Shown piece by piece: positions 1-8,623 of a DNA stretch of 33,702 bases (position 1 is the first letter of the stretch; the number at the start of each line of letters is the position of its first letter). A program made the position numbers and the translations under genes. Origin of the DNA: Candidatus Nanopelagicales bacterium (GTDB lineage: Bacteria; Actinomycetota; Actinomycetes; S36-B12); NCBI GenBank assembly GCA_044240285.1, contig JBIHZU010000003.1, positions 1-33,702 of the forward strand, given 5' to 3'. The notes beneath the pieces are model-generated. The model was not told the origin of the DNA. It worked only from the letters and a program-made list of their open reading frames with translations, and ran no database searches.

Positions 1-511
1 AGCCAATCGCAAGGCCACTGGCTGCCTTCGGACCACCGATTGCCATCGGGTCACGACCGGCTGCGATCGCCGCCATACGAAGTTTCATCGACTCGGCAGT
101 CTGGTTGACCAGCACCCCGGTGACGTCCTGCACAAGGCCGCGGCCGTACTGAGCAGCTGCTCCAGAAATTTGCAGTTCCATACTGATGTTGACTCGGGTC
201 GCCCCGCCAAGCGGCTGCAGACTGATGGTCAACTGTGTGCTGGCAGCGCCGCGGCCCTTCTTGTCGGCCCCGGAGCCATCGAGCACGAGGATCCGGCGCG
301 CGTTGTCGCGTGAGGCAACCTTGACTGCGCCAGAGAACTCCAGCTTTACCGGGCCAGCTGAGATGATTACGCCACCTTCAAAGGAGCCATCCTCTACTTC
401 ATTGGTGAGGTCAGCTCCGGGGATGCACGCGGCAATCAGGGGAACATTTTCGAAGAAATTCCACACGTTGTCGACCGGCTGGTCGACATCGAAGGACTGA
501 GTGATCAGCAT
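1..511 (-). CDS. coxG: CoxG / SRPBCC-family CO dehydrogenase accessory protein; 3' end runs off the window
   Basis: Missing from the ORF track because it has no stop in the window. Manual translation from ATG 511 (GGAGG RBS upstream, 7-nt overlap with the preceding gene): MLITQSFDVDQPVDNVWNFFENVPLIAACIPGADLT...GPVKLEFSG...GADKKGRG...LQISGAAAQYGRGLVQDV. This is the CoxG pattern, and it sits in a cox operon. Confidence 0.9.
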   Translation of the reverse strand, partial: MLITQSFDVDQPVDNVWNFFENVPLIAACIPGADLTNEVEDGSFEGGVIISAGPVKLEFSGAVKVASRDNARRILVLDGSGADKKGRGAASTQLTISLQPLGGATRVNISMELQISGAAAQYGRGLVQDVTGVLVNQTAESMKLRMAAIAAGRDPMAIGGPKAASGLAIG

Positions 512-1464
512 GTGGCCTCCTGGTGGATGAACGAGCCCGGATTTTTCTCGAACGCCACGCGACAGCCCATGGCGCAGAAGTAGTAGGTAGTGCCCTCGTG
601 AACAAACGGACGATTTGCCGGAACTGCTTGAACGGTCATGCCGCACACGAGGTCAATGACCTCCTGCGGTTCGAGCATGGGAAGCATCGCGCGCTGGTGA
701 GGCTTTAGCTGCCCGGCTGCGCGCAGCTGGACCAACTCGGCGAGAATCGAAACGGCGATCTCTCGGTGGGTGGTATGGCCGAGGTCAAGGCCGATGGGGA
801 CCTGTACGCGCGCCAGATCCAACTGTGACGCTCCGCGATCGGCAAGATACCCACGCACTACATCGCCACGCTTACGCGAGGCGACTAGACCGACAAATGC
901 CGGACTAGCAGCCAAGGCCGACTCGAGGGCCTCTTCGTCTCCATGCCCCTGAGTCGCAACGATCACGACGCTCGTCGGGGTGACCATGGCAGATGCAAAT
1001 GCCGATCCATCGACCAATTCACCGCGCCAGCCGATATCGCGCACCAGATCCAGCAATGTGGCGGCCATCGGCGAGTTGCCCACAACAAGAACGTGTGGAG
1101 CAGCCATGACAGGCTCGATGTAGATCTGCAGCGCGCCGTCGCTCTGGCAGGAAATCGGAATAGTCAACACACCTTCCGGCACGTGCATGCCAGAGAAGTC
1201 TGCTTCCTGCCCGAGCCACACCAGAGACGGCGTACCTTCAGCAAGCACGCGCTTGGCCTCGCGGATAAGCACCGGTTGGGCGCATGCCCCACCGATCCAT
1301 CCGATTAACTCACCCTCGGCAGTCACGATTGCACGCGAGCCGTGCTGACCCGAAGACGGAGCTTGGCGCCACACAACGGTCGCCAAGACAAAGGACTCAC
1401 CGGATCGCGCGAGTGACGCCGCGCGTTCCATGATGTCCAACCCGTCAACGGATCCAGCGGTCAC
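505..1464 (-). CDS. XdhC/CoxF-family molybdoenzyme maturation protein with a C-terminal YHS (TRASH) domain
   Basis: N-terminal XdhC motifs (LATVVWRQAPSSG, GWIGGAC, ISCQSDG), XdhC_C motifs (VIVATQGHGDEEAL, FVGLVASRKRG, PIGLDLG...EIAVSILAEL), then DLVCGMTV...YYFCAMGCRVAFEKNP (YHS). GTG start lies 1 nt after the coxL stop; an alternative ATG is at 1431. Confidence 0.9.
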   Translation of the reverse strand: MTAGSVDGLDIMERAASLARSGESFVLATVVWRQAPSSGQHGSRAIVTAEGELIGWIGGACAQPVLIREAKRVLAEGTPSLVWLGQEADFSGMHVPEGVLTIPISCQSDGALQIYIEPVMAAPHVLVVGNSPMAATLLDLVRDIGWRGELVDGSAFASAMVTPTSVVIVATQGHGDEEALESALAASPAFVGLVASRKRGDVVRGYLADRGASQLDLARVQVPIGLDLGHTTHREIAVSILAELVQLRAAGQLKPHQRAMLPMLEPQEVIDLVCGMTVQAVPANRPFVHEGTTYYFCAMGCRVAFEKNPGSFIHQEATC

Positions 1465-1465
1465 G

Positions 1466-3844
1466 TCATCCAGCCTTCACCGGTGGCATACCCGAGACGT
1501 CTTTACCTGTCTGCAATGCCTCATAGACGCGGTTAGGCATCAGCGGCATATCGATATTGCGAACACCGGTGTGCTTGAGGGCATTCATGACCGCATTGAC
1601 GAAGGCGGCGGGGCCACCCACAGTCGCACACTCACCAATGCCCTTGGCACCGATGGGGTGATGTGGACACGGTGTGACGACCTCGTAAAGCTCAAAGCCC
1701 GGGGTCTCCCACGCTGTCGGCAACAGGTAGTCCATGTAGTTTGAGCCGATGCAGTTGCCCTCTTCATCGAAGGTGATGTACTGCATGCTCGCCATGGCGT
1801 ACGCCTCTGTGAGACCGCCCATGATCTGACCCTCGACGATGAGTGGGTTGATACGCACTCCACAGTCGTCCACGGCAACGAACTGCAATACGTCCCAGAC
1901 GCCCGTCTCCGGATCAATTTCGACCTTGCAAATGTAGGCGGCAAACGGCCACGTGAGGTTGGGCGGGTCGTAGTAGGCGTTGTTCTCTAGGCCAGGCTCC
2001 ATGCCGTCAGGCACATTGCTATAGGCGGCAAGAGCGCAATCCTGAATCGTGACTCCACGCTCTTGATTGCCGCGGACGTAGAACCGACCAAGCTCCCACT
2101 CAATGTCCTCCTCCGAAACCTCAAGAAGGTGAGCGGCGATCTTGCGCGCCTTGGCTCGAATCTTGCGCGCCACCATCGCGACCGCCGCACCAGCGACGGG
2201 AGTCGACCGGGACGCATAAGTGCCCATGCCAAACGGTGCCGTGTCGGTATCGCCCTCTTCAACGACAATGTCGTCCGCCGGGATGCCCAACTCGTGCGCA
2301 ACGATCTGCGCCCACGTGGTCTCGTGACCCTGGCCTTGTGTCTTAGCGCCGGTGCGCAGAATCGCCTTGCCTGTCATGTGCACGCGCAACTCGGCTGAGT
2401 CGAACATCTTGATGCCGATGATGTCGTATTCGCGGCTGTTGCCAGCACCAAGCGGTTCGGTCATCGTCGAGATGCCAAGACCGAGAAGCTTGCCGCGCTT
2501 GCGCGCTTCTTCTTGCTCCTGAGCGAAGGTGCTGTAACCAATCGCTTCGAGACCGAGATCAAGGCACTTCTGGTACTGACCTGAGTCCGTGAGGAACCCG
2601 AACGCCGTGCGGAAGGGGAACATGTCGTCCTTGACCATATTGATCCGGCGGAACTCTGCCTGATCCATTCCAAGGTCATCCGCAGCGGCATGAATCATGC
2701 GCTCCTGGAAGAACATTGCTTCCGTCACACGGAAAGAGCAGCGATAGGCGACGCCACCAGGCGCCTTGTTGGTGTACCAGCCTTCACTCGTTAAGTGCGC
2801 TGCTGGAACGTCGTAGCAGGCGAACGCTGAGTGCATCAGGCCGATCTTGAACTTTGTGGGCTGAGCATCCGCGAAGAATGCGCCGTGATCGGAGACGGTA
2901 TGCATGCGCATACCGAGGATCTTGCCGTCTTTGCGCAGTGCCAACTCGCCCTTGAGGTAGACATCACGGCCGAAACCGGTCGAGATGAGGTTGCTGCTCT
3001 TGTCCTCGACCCACTTGACCGGATGCTCCGTGAGGATCGACGCAAGGATCGAGATGACGTAGCCCGGGTAGATTGGCACCTTGTTGCCGAAGCCACCACC
3101 GAGGTCAGGAGACACGATACGGATCATGTGCTCCGGAAGTTCGGCGACCATGGCAACAGCAGCGCGCACGATGTGCGGTGCCTGCGAGGTCATGTAGACC
3201 GTGAGCTTTCCCGTGGCACGGTCAAAGTCGGCAATCGAACCACAGGTCTCCATGGGCGACGGGTGTGACCGTGGGTAGTGCAGCTCCATCTTGGACACCA
3301 CGTCAGCGTCGGCGAATGCACGATCAGTTGCGCTCTTGTCGCCAATCTCCCAATCGAAGATCTTGTTGTTGGTCTGATTTTCCTTGTCATCGCGAATCAG
3401 CGGCGAGTTGGGGTCCTGCGCCTGCATCGGGTTCACGATGGCGGGGAGCTGTTCGTACTCGACGATGATCTTGCTGGCGGCGTCCTTGGCAATGTAGGGA
3501 TCGTCCGCGATAACCGCAGCGACCTCTTGGCCCTGAAAGCGGACCTTGTCTGTCGCGAGCACTGCCTGCGTGTCGTAGGACAGTGTCGGCATCCACGCCA
3601 GGTTGCGAGCGGCCATCGTGTCGCCAGTCATCACCAGGCGAACGCCGGGCACCTCCCACGCCGCACTTGTGTCGATCGACTTGATGCGCGCATGTGCGAC
3701 TGGGCTACGCAGAATTTCCATGTGCAGCATGCCGGGCAGCACGATGTCATCGACGTACTGACCCTTGCCGCGGATGAATCGGTTGTCTTCGACCCGGCGG
3801 CGGCTTGCGCCCATTCCACCGATCTTGAGTTCGTCGAGCGCCAT
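1466..3844 (-). CDS. coxL: Aerobic carbon monoxide dehydrogenase large (Mo-Cu) subunit, form I
   Basis: 792 aa molybdenum hydroxylase large subunit. Active-site loop VAYRCSFRVTEA (nt 2729-2749) is the form I AYxCSFR signature; also GGGFGNK, QGQGHETT, GTYASRS, AKGIGE. GGAGG RBS. Confidence 0.97.
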   Translation of the reverse strand: MALDELKIGGMGASRRRVEDNRFIRGKGQYVDDIVLPGMLHMEILRSPVAHARIKSIDTSAAWEVPGVRLVMTGDTMAARNLAWMPTLSYDTQAVLATDKVRFQGQEVAAVIADDPYIAKDAASKIIVEYEQLPAIVNPMQAQDPNSPLIRDDKENQTNNKIFDWEIGDKSATDRAFADADVVSKMELHYPRSHPSPMETCGSIADFDRATGKLTVYMTSQAPHIVRAAVAMVAELPEHMIRIVSPDLGGGFGNKVPIYPGYVISILASILTEHPVKWVEDKSSNLISTGFGRDVYLKGELALRKDGKILGMRMHTVSDHGAFFADAQPTKFKIGLMHSAFACYDVPAAHLTSEGWYTNKAPGGVAYRCSFRVTEAMFFQERMIHAAADDLGMDQAEFRRINMVKDDMFPFRTAFGFLTDSGQYQKCLDLGLEAIGYSTFAQEQEEARKRGKLLGLGISTMTEPLGAGNSREYDIIGIKMFDSAELRVHMTGKAILRTGAKTQGQGHETTWAQIVAHELGIPADDIVVEEGDTDTAPFGMGTYASRSTPVAGAAVAMVARKIRAKARKIAAHLLEVSEEDIEWELGRFYVRGNQERGVTIQDCALAAYSNVPDGMEPGLENNAYYDPPNLTWPFAAYICKVEIDPETGVWDVLQFVAVDDCGVRINPLIVEGQIMGGLTEAYAMASMQYITFDEEGNCIGSNYMDYLLPTAWETPGFELYEVVTPCPHHPIGAKGIGECATVGGPAAFVNAVMNALKHTGVRNIDMPLMPNRVYEALQTGKDVSGMPPVKAG

Positions 3845-3852
3845 GATGCCTC

Positions 3853-4377
3853 CTAGGCCTGCTGGTCGCGCATCTTGTCGGCCGCCCAGAGGACTGCCTT
3901 CACGATGTTCTGGTAGCCCGTACAGCGGCAGAGGTTGCCGGACAGGGCCCAGCGCACCTCGTCTTCTGTCGGATTGGGGTTTTTCTCAAGCAGCGCCTTC
4001 GCAGCAAGCATCATGCCGGGGGTGCAGAAACCGCACTGCAGCCCGTGCTCCTCCTTGAAACCTTCTTGAATTGGGTGCAGTTCGCTGGCGGTGCCCATGC
4101 CCTCAACGGTCTCAACCTTGTGACCATCGGCTTGTACGGCCAACATGGTGCAGCTCTTAATCGGTCGACCGTCGAAGAGCACCGTGCATGCTCCGCAGTT
4201 TGACGTATCACAGCCAGAGTGAGTGCCAGTCAGCTTCAACCCCTGGCGAATCAGATGCGCGAGCAGCAGACGCGGCTCGACGTCAACGGTGCGCTTTTGT
4301 CCGTTGACTGTGATGCTCACCCGACGCGTAGGAACGCCGTCAGGAACCTGGGTGACTTCCTCGTACAGGCTTGTCAT
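3853..4377 (-). CDS. coxS: CO dehydrogenase small [2Fe-2S] subunit
   Basis: [12 protein letters not shown]...KSC and QCGFCTPG...NLCRCTGY iron-sulfur motifs. Start moved to ATG 4377, 1 nt after the coxM stop (174 aa). Confidence 0.96.
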   Translation of the reverse strand: MTSLYEEVTQVPDGVPTRRVSITVNGQKRTVDVEPRLLLAHLIRQGLKLTGTHSGCDTSNCGACTVLFDGRPIKSCTMLAVQADGHKVETVEGMGTASELHPIQEGFKEEHGLQCGFCTPGMMLAAKALLEKNPNPTEDEVRWALSGNLCRCTGYQNIVKAVLWAADKMRDQQA

Positions 4378-4378
4378 C

Positions 4379-5254
4379 TCACGCTGCTTTCTGCTCGGTC
4401 CGGGCAATCCCAGTGAGAATGCGGGTTACGAAGGTCTTCACAATGTGGCGCTTGTAATCAGCAGAGCCACGATGGTCGGTACGCGGATCTGCGGCATCTG
4501 CGACGGCCTCTGCAGCCGCAGCAATGTTCTCAACCGTCAACTCTTTGCCGTTGAGCACAGAGATTGCATCGTTGGCATCGATAGTGCGGCCCCCAACGCC
4601 GGCAAGCGCGCAACCAGCCCGATTGACCGTGGCGCCAGACATATCCAGGTAAACGGCCACCGAAGCAGTCGCGAAATCGCCCACACGCCGCTCAAGCTTG
4701 AGGTAGCCACCACGAGCAGTGCCCTTGGCACCGGGGATAACTGCTTCAACCGCGATCTCATTGAATGCCAAAGCTGTCACGAATGGGCCGAGAACAAATT
4801 TGCTCATCTCAATCTCGCGTCGGCCGTTGGGGCCTTGAGCCACAATGCGTCCACCGAGCGCGATCATGGTCGCCGCCCAGTCGCCCTGCGGGTCGGCGTG
4901 ACATACGGACCCGACAAAGGTGCCTCGCACGCGCACGATCGGGTCTGCGACGAGAGACGCGGCTCCGGCGAGGGTGGGGTAAGACTTCTCCAGGAGCGCG
5001 GAGTTCTCCATGTCCTCGTGGCGGACCAGCGCCCCGATGCGCAAGGTGCCATCGGCATCCACTCGGACATGGTTAAGCCCGGGGATTCCGTTGATGTCCA
5101 CGATGCGCTCCGGTGAGGCGAACCTCAGCTTGAGCATCGGAATTAGGCTCTGCCCACCGGCAAGAACCTTCGCCTCACCGCCGCTGCGATCGAGGATGGC
5201 GATCGCCTCCTCAAGAGTCTTCGGGGCGTCGTACTCAAAGCGTGATGGGTACAT
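4379..5254 (-). CDS. coxM: CO dehydrogenase medium (FAD) subunit
   Basis: MYPSRFEY start with GAGAGGA RBS (ATG 5254, 291 aa); FAD-binding motifs AKVLAGGQSLIP, RVRGTFVGSVCHADP, RRVGDFA, DHRGSADYKRH. Confidence 0.96.
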   Translation of the reverse strand: MYPSRFEYDAPKTLEEAIAILDRSGGEAKVLAGGQSLIPMLKLRFASPERIVDINGIPGLNHVRVDADGTLRIGALVRHEDMENSALLEKSYPTLAGAASLVADPIVRVRGTFVGSVCHADPQGDWAATMIALGGRIVAQGPNGRREIEMSKFVLGPFVTALAFNEIAVEAVIPGAKGTARGGYLKLERRVGDFATASVAVYLDMSGATVNRAGCALAGVGGRTIDANDAISVLNGKELTVENIAAAAEAVADAADPRTDHRGSADYKRHIVKTFVTRILTGIARTEQKAA

Positions 5255-5271
5255 GAGTGTCCTCTCGGTGA

Positions 5272-5502
5272 CTATGCCTGCGGGTCGCGCACGGCGACCG
5301 GCATCGAGTCGGCATCGGGATCGGGATGTGGCTCCTGGTGCGGCGGCCACGGTCCCTGCACAGGCTGGCTCGCCACCTTCAAGAAGTCGACGAATTGCGG
5401 CCAAGCCCACACTGTGGGGCTCTTGCCGGTTTTAGGGGAATTCTCAATCAACGCATACAGACGTGGCGTACCACGCTCTTGTCCACTGGATTCAACGCCC
5501 AC
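5272..5502 (-). CDS. Small hypothetical protein (about 76 aa) at the head of coxMSL
   Basis: GTG 5502 is preceded by GAAAGGGAG; the stop is 17 nt before the coxM ATG. It fills an otherwise empty 338-nt gap. Sequence ...PRLYALIENSPKTGKSPTVWAWPQFVDFLKVASQPVQGPWPPHQEPHPDPDAD... No family recognised. Confidence 0.55.
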   Translation of the reverse strand: MGVESSGQERGTPRLYALIENSPKTGKSPTVWAWPQFVDFLKVASQPVQGPWPPHQEPHPDPDADSMPVAVRDPQA

Positions 5503-5533
5503 GAGGCTCCCTTTCACATGACCGGTTGCCGGG

Positions 5534-5561
5534 ACACTACTCCCATTCAAAGCACCCGCAA
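5534..5561 (-). promoter_or_regulatory. Putative sigmaA-type promoter for small ORF-coxMSL
   Basis: Minus-strand TTGCGG (5561-5556), 16 nt, TAGTGT (5539-5534), about 30 nt upstream of the small ORF start. Confidence 0.3.
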
Positions 5562-5577
5562 CTGGAAACTCGAAAGA

Positions 5578-5599
5578 AAAGTAAGGACTGACTTACTTT
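5578..5599. promoter_or_regulatory. Perfect 8-bp inverted repeat, candidate operator upstream of the cox promoter
   Basis: AAAGTAAG-gactga-CTTACTTT; AT-rich dyad with a 6-nt spacer, overlapping the xdhC stop codon. Confidence 0.4.
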
Positions 5600-6474
5600 C
5601 GCCTTAGCCCGATGATCTCCGCCGCCACGGAGACAGCGATCTCGGCTGGCGTCTTGGCCCCCAAATCGAGTCCGGCTGGCCCATGAACCCGTGACACGTC
5701 GTGGACATCTTGGTAGGCAAGCCATTCCGCGCGGGACTGCTGCATTGACTGGGAGCCAAGCGCGCCGATATACCCCGCGTCGCTTTCGAGTGCGGCAAGA
5801 AGGCACTTACTCGACGACTCCACGTCGTGGCCCATGACGACGATGGAATCGATCGACGACAAAGTCGCAGCGATTCCGGCGACAAGCCCAGGGCGCGGCT
5901 CGACGAGCACCTTGAGTCCGAGGAGAGCCCCTTGTTGTGCCAAAGCCTCGGCGATCGGCCCCTGCCCAGCGACCACTAGACGCGGGAAAGGCGCAAACAC
6001 TGTGGTGGTGACGAGGCCTTCGGTCTCGACGGCAGAGACACCCGCTTCCAACAACTCGCGATTACGTCCCTGCGCATCGTCGAGAGTCGATATTGAGATA
6101 TCCGTTACGTCGTCTTCGGAGAGCGTCGCCGACACTGCAACAGCCTCACGGTTGAGCAGTCGCAGCCAGATCGTGCTCGGTAGTTGATCTGCCGGCACCA
6201 CAAGGAAACCCACCTTGGTGCCAGCCGGCAGACCAGAGGGCGAACTTTCGAGTTCGGTGACCACATGTTCGATGTGTCGACCGGTCGACAACTTCCGCGA
6301 GGCCACATCAGCGAGAAATCCATCGAATGCACCACCCGCGACGCTTCCGATACGCCCACCACCGGGAGTAAACGCCACTGCTTCATCTGAGGCTGACGGA
6401 GACACAATCCACGCCACATCCGCGCGCGTGCCCGAGCGGACACATGCAGAAACACTCAATGCAATGTCATACAC
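5593..6474 (-). CDS. Second XdhC/CoxI-family molybdoenzyme maturation protein
   Basis: Start re-called at GTG 6474 (MYDIALSVSAC..., 293 aa), 4 nt after the guaA stop. Motifs GGRIGSVAGG, LVVAGQGPIA, YIGALGS, HGPAGLDLGAKTPAEIAVSVAAEI. Confidence 0.88.
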   Translation of the reverse strand: MYDIALSVSACVRSGTRADVAWIVSPSASDEAVAFTPGGGRIGSVAGGAFDGFLADVASRKLSTGRHIEHVVTELESSPSGLPAGTKVGFLVVPADQLPSTIWLRLLNREAVAVSATLSEDDVTDISISTLDDAQGRNRELLEAGVSAVETEGLVTTTVFAPFPRLVVAGQGPIAEALAQQGALLGLKVLVEPRPGLVAGIAATLSSIDSIVVMGHDVESSSKCLLAALESDAGYIGALGSQSMQQSRAEWLAYQDVHDVSRVHGPAGLDLGAKTPAEIAVSVAAEIIGLRRK

Positions 6475-6478
6475 GTGG

Positions 6479-8032
6479 CTACTCCCACTCGATAGTGCCC
6501 GGCGGCTTGCTGGTGACATCGAGAACCACGCGATTAATCTCGCGAACCTCGTTAGTGATGCGGTTCGAAATTCGCGCAATGAGGTCGTAGGGGAGGCGAG
6601 ACCAGTCTGCGGTCATCGCGTCTTCGCTCGACACCGGACGAAGGACGATTGGGTGGCCATAGGTTCGTCCGTCACCTTGCACTCCCACCGAACGCACATC
6701 GGCCAGGAGGACCACCGGGAACTGCCATACGCTCGCATCGAGCCCCGCAGCTGTGAGTTCATGACGAGCAATGGCATCTGCTGCACGCAAGATTGCAAGA
6801 CGATCGGAGTCAATGGCACCCACGATGCGGATTGCCAAGCCAGGGCCGGGAAACGGATGCCGCATGACAATCTCACGAGGCAGCCCAAGCTCTAATCCCA
6901 CCGCGCGCACTTCATCCTTGAAAAGGGCGCGAAGAGGCTCAACCAGCGCAAACTGCATGTCATCAGGAAGCCCGCCGACGTTGTGGTGGCTCTTGATGGT
7001 GGCGGCGCCCGCCCCCACGCCTGACTCCACAACATCGGGATAAAGCGTGCCTTGGACGAGGAACTCAACCGGATCGGAGTCTCCACCCTCGGCCACTACC
7101 TGACGCGCGGCGTCCTCGAATACGCGAATGAATTCGCGTCCGATGATCTTGCGCTTTTGCTCTGGGTCGGTCACTCCCGCGAGTGCGACAAGAAATCGTT
7201 CTTGGGCATCAACGACGACAAGGTGTACGCCCGTTGCGGCAACAAAATCCCGCTCAACTTGTTCGGCCTCGCCCTCACGCAACAAACCGTGGTCAACGAA
7301 GACACAGGTCAACTGATCGCCTACTGCTCGCTGAACTAAGGCCGCGGCTACTGCGGAATCGACACCTCCAGACAGCCCGCACAACACTCGCTTAGCGCCG
7401 ACCTGCTCGCGGATCGCGGCGATCTGTGCGTCAATCACACCTTCAGTTGTCCATGAGGGCTCGCAACCGGCGATGCCATGTAGGAATGCTTCGAGCAGCC
7501 TTTGGCCGTTTTCGGAATGCAACACCTCAGGATGGAACTGAACGCCGGCAAGGCGACGAGACGAATCTTCGAAGGCCGCGACCTGTGCACCGGGTGACTG
7601 TGCAGTCACCGTGAAGCCATCAGGCGCAACTGTCACTGAGTCGCCATGTGACATCCATACGGTCATTTCAGTCGGCAATCCGTCGAACAACCGCGACTGA
7701 CCTTCGACCGTGAGTTGTGTTGATCCGAATTCGCTCTGCCCTGTGCGCTCGACAGTGCCGCCTAGTGCCTGGGCCATAGCTTGGAATCCATAACAGATAC
7801 CGAACACGGGAATGCCTGCGTCAAAGAGAGCAGGATCAATGCTCGGGGCACCTTCGGCGTAGACGCTCGACGGTCCACCCGACAGCACAATCGCCGCTGG
7901 CTTCTTCGCGATCATCTCGGCTGCGGACATCGTGTGGGGCACGATCTCGGAGTAGACATGGGCCTCCCGTACGCGTCGAGCGATGAGCTGCGCGTACTGG
8001 GCTCCGAAGTCAACGACGAGAACGCTGGTCAT
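6479..8032 (-). CDS. guaA: GMP synthase (glutamine-hydrolysing)
   Basis: [52 protein letters not shown]-terminal KPPGTIEWE. Confidence 0.99.
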   Translation of the reverse strand: MTSVLVVDFGAQYAQLIARRVREAHVYSEIVPHTMSAAEMIAKKPAAIVLSGGPSSVYAEGAPSIDPALFDAGIPVFGICYGFQAMAQALGGTVERTGQSEFGSTQLTVEGQSRLFDGLPTEMTVWMSHGDSVTVAPDGFTVTAQSPGAQVAAFEDSSRRLAGVQFHPEVLHSENGQRLLEAFLHGIAGCEPSWTTEGVIDAQIAAIREQVGAKRVLCGLSGGVDSAVAAALVQRAVGDQLTCVFVDHGLLREGEAEQVERDFVAATGVHLVVVDAQERFLVALAGVTDPEQKRKIIGREFIRVFEDAARQVVAEGGDSDPVEFLVQGTLYPDVVESGVGAGAATIKSHHNVGGLPDDMQFALVEPLRALFKDEVRAVGLELGLPREIVMRHPFPGPGLAIRIVGAIDSDRLAILRAADAIARHELTAAGLDASVWQFPVVLLADVRSVGVQGDGRTYGHPIVLRPVSSEDAMTADWSRLPYDLIARISNRITNEVREINRVVLDVTSKPPGTIEWE

Positions 8033-8054
8033 GCGTTGAGCGTAGTCGTCGGTC

Positions 8055-8540
8055 CTAGAAGCCTGTCGGGGACGGGACTACCGTGAAGTTGATATTGCCC
8101 GGTTCATTGGCAAGTAGGACCAAGACGACCAGTAGCCACACGATTCCGACGAGAACCCAAAGTCCGAGCCCCACGATTCCGATGATCAGCCCCGCCTTGG
8201 CCGTGCCCTTGTTGTTGGCGATGCCCCGATCGGCGTTCTTCATTCCCAAGATGCCAAAGACGACACCCAAGACACCGCCGACAAAGGGGATACAGCCCAC
8301 GATTCCGAGGATGGACAACACCAGCGCAGCAACGCCTAGCCCGTTTTGGGGCTGCCGAACAGGCTGTCCGCCGTATGGGCTCGGGGACGTGTAGGTCGGG
8401 TACGTCACTGCAGGCACAGGAGGGGGCGGCGGAGTCCCGGGCGGGGGCACAGCACCGGCTGGCGGCCATACGGGGGGCGGTGGGGCGGTGGGTGGTTCTG
8501 GTGCCGGGATGGGCGCAGTGCCTTCAGGCTGTTCAGTCAT
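8055..8540 (-). CDS. Pro-rich DUF4190-like membrane protein
   Basis: Pro-rich N-terminus, then [14 protein letters not shown]...GVVFGILG...[10 protein letters not shown] with 2-3 hydrophobic helices. Confidence 0.85.
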   Translation of the reverse strand: MTEQPEGTAPIPAPEPPTAPPPPVWPPAGAVPPPGTPPPPPVPAVTYPTYTSPSPYGGQPVRQPQNGLGVAALVLSILGIVGCIPFVGGVLGVVFGILGMKNADRGIANNKGTAKAGLIIGIVGLGLWVLVGIVWLLVVLVLLANEPGNINFTVVPSPTGF

Positions 8541-8623
8541 AGGGACAGGGTAGTCGCCGACTCTGAGTTACAGAAGGTTTTAGGGCCGCGCTCCGCTGTG
8601 AGGACGATATGCGTGACTGTCCA

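Noticed and set aside
4223-5116. Long antisense or alternate-frame ORFs (e.g. 4223-5116 +, 6215-6895 +, 14985-15686 +, 24043-24738 +, 28528-29253 +)
   Set aside because: Shadow ORFs opposite well-supported genes, expected in high-GC DNA; no recognisable motifs.
4379-5410. ORF-track N-terminal extensions (coxM to 5410, coxS to 4407, xdhC to 6579, guaB to 14698, regulator to 15629, whiD from 15710, groES to 18150)
   Set aside because: They overlap neighbouring genes or promoters and lack family-like sequence; internal starts have RBS or -10 support.
5504-5519. CRP/GlxR-type site TGTGA-N6-TCACA near the cox promoter
   Set aside because: Only one half-site (TCACA, 5514-5518) is present; the other half does not match.
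5255-5592. Moco riboswitch or other structured leader upstream of coxM
   Set aside because: Only short hairpins are visible (e.g. GGTCGC/GCGACC at about 5283-5299); no recognisable riboswitch architecture, and the small ORF explains the space. An Infernal/Rfam scan would settle it.
8400-8520. G-rich low-complexity tract (possible repeat or G-quadruplex)
   Set aside because: Explained by Pro codons in the Pro-rich N-terminus of the DUF4190-like protein on the minus strand.
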